DNA of 64,000 nt. It comes from Macrostomum hystrix (taxonomy: Eukaryota; Animalia; Platyhelminthes). Under the pieces are notes generated by a model. The model ran no database searches, was not told the origin of the DNA, and saw nothing but the letters and a program-made list of their open reading frames with translations. The translations under genes were made by a program, and so were the position numbers. This document shows positions 61,949-64,000 of the stretch, piece by piece; position 1 is the first letter of the stretch, and the number at the start of each line of letters is the position of its first letter. The DNA is taken from positions 11,656,001 through 11,720,000 of the forward strand of contig CATNEN010000007.1 of NCBI GenBank assembly GCA_950097015.1, read 5' to 3'.

Positions 61949-63810
61949 CCGGACTTTGTTGACACAGGCTAGTTAGATAGGCTGACAGCTGCCACCGATC
62001 CACCCAACAGATTTCAAAAAAATAAACTCGCTGACTCTGACACTGCGGTTCTTGGGCATTAAAAGCGTTGCAGGCTTTCATTCTTGCACTTAATTAATTT
62101 GCATTCAGCTTCCCCAATCGGCGATGAAAGCCTGCGGGGCTCCGAGCTATCCCACAATGGCTTCGACTCCTGCACGTTGGGTTTGCAAACGTTTTTAGAA
62201 TTATCCAATCGAATGGAGCAACATAAAAAGCTCCGCCGCCACTCATGTCGGGTAGAAAACTGAATTATTTTGAAAGTAAATATCTATGACTTCCCTTGCG
62301 AGCTGCAGTCCAGAGCGAGTCGAGATGCTGACTCAGCAACCAACCGGTTCAGGCTGGTATTTCTGAGCACACCTGCCTCAAAAATTGACACGAAATTGCA
62401 GTTTCTTTTGTTCAACAGGAAGCTGAAAGAGGAACTGCTGCTGCAGTGAGCAGTGCTCAGATTGGGGCAAACTCCGCTTGAGCTGCGAGTCGACTTATCA
62501 ATATTTAGAGAAGCGAATGAAAAGGCATCACTGCAGCAGCAGCTCAGAATCTCTCAAATTTCCCACAGAGACCGTAGAAAGCGAAGCATAGGCTGCTTGA
62601 GCTGGGCGAGCACCATGAGACACATGCCTCACGCGTCTCAACTGAGCCCCGGCTCAAGGACAATCAGAAACAGAATTGCGAATCAATGACTCTTCGATGC
62701 GAGACTGATGGTGCGGCCCATCTAACGCTTGTCGAGACGGCAACTCAGACATCAACCAGGCCAGACCACATGATAAAAACGGTGCCAAAGAATTACAACT
62801 ACTGTACAGTGCTGGTAGGGCTTGGGATTAATTCAATAAATTCCTGTCAAGTCAGGCTTCCTGCTGTCACAGGTCAAGCAGAGGACAAAACCTCGGCGAC
62901 CCATCAGGTGAATTTTAGCTGGAGGTGCAAAGAAGGCCGAACCAGTGCCGCAGTTCACACGGCTGAAAACAGGCAGGTCAGGCGGCAGTGGACCGAAATC
63001 AATTCACCTCGGGAGAGCTGCTGCAGTGCTCAGCCCCGCCGACCACCTGACCCACAGGCCATCAGCTAATTGCATAGGCGCATAGGAGAGACAAACAGTT
63101 ATTTCGTGGAAAGAGAAAGTGCCAGCAAATTTTTAATTTCAACTAACTGTTCTCCCAGCTTTTCAATAACCAGTCAGGAGAGCTGTCACGAGAACTGTTG
63201 CTAATGAAGCTCTTAGTATCAGGTTTGCTGACACTCATCGACTGGCAGCCCGAGTCTAGCCGGCACAATTCAGGTCTAAGAGAACGCGAAGCTGTGGACA
63301 GTCATAGCAAGCATAAAATGAAGATTTTGAGCATAAGAAGAGCCTTGGAGGACTGGCCTCTGTAACTGCCTGCGTGGGTGCAAGTGAGCTGCAAGGGTTC
63401 GAGCAACCCCAAATAACTATGCGGAGAGTCCTCACGGCCTGCAAATGACTTGCCTGTACTATTAGGCGAAGCTATTCTCGGAGCAAGGCCTTGTTGATAA
63501 GCAGCATCGCTCAAACCCGGCGCCCCACTGGGACAGACAGCTAATTACTGCTGGACCCCACCTGAATAATGCAGCATCATTCATGCAACTGGGCTGCAGC
63601 GGTGCGTCACAGCCTCCACAGCGGAGAATGCTGGCCATCCATCCACCAGCCATCAGTCACATGAGCAGAGCCCGCTCGAGACGTCCGCGGACACTTAATA
63701 AAATTAGATTTTTACACAATTTCATTAATTTCGGATGTCATTCAAATAGATAATCAGCAGTAAGCACGAGGCCGGAAATTCATATTTGCTGTGAAGTGTA
63801 AGCCTTGCCT

Positions 63811-64000
63811 TGGAACTGAGGCATCTGGAACATTGGAACTGAGGCATCTGGAACAGTGGAACTGAGGCATCTGAAACAGTGGAACTGAGGCATCTGGAAC
63901 AGTGGAACTGAGGCATCTGGAACAGTGGAACTGAGGCATCTGGAACAGTGGAACTGAGGCATCTGGAATATTGGAACTGAGGCATCTGGAACAGTGGAAC
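63811..64000. repeat. 23-bp minisatellite running off the right edge
   Basis: Unit TGGAACTGAGGCATCTGGAACAG. Confidence 0.95.

Noticed and set aside
6098-64000. Regular 14-52-bp arrays as CRISPR arrays
   Set aside because: Units are head-to-tail with no unique spacers, there are no cas genes, and the context is eukaryotic; they are minisatellites.

Overview
This is GC-rich metazoan genomic DNA with short GT-AG introns and many minisatellites. Its style suggests a free-living flatworm such as Macrostomum, but that is an inference, not something the sequence proves. Host genes I can reconstruct exon by exon: a minus-strand run of four (YqcI/YcgG-like membrane-anchored putative heme protein, FLASH/CASP8AP2-like, PIGO, RBM15/spenito), an intronless profilin, a large AJM1-like gene with two alternative N-terminal exons, and a small secreted 6-Cys protein. 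Mobile DNA: a decayed BEL/Pao element with a minisatellite grown out of its RNase H region, a young full-length Mag-like Ty3/Gypsy element (312-bp LTRs, 1 mismatch, AGGAG TSD), a decayed Crypton-type tyrosine recombinase element with an 89-nt hairpin, and a Harbinger-like MITE. The most striking structure is a 5'-truncated LINE (RT thumb + RNase H + CCHC; 14-bp TSD; (GA)n tail) inserted between gag and protease of the Gypsy element. It is in frame at both junctions, so a single TAG separates a Gag-LINE-RNase H fusion from an intact Pol. Two AT-rich islands contain no CpG at all.
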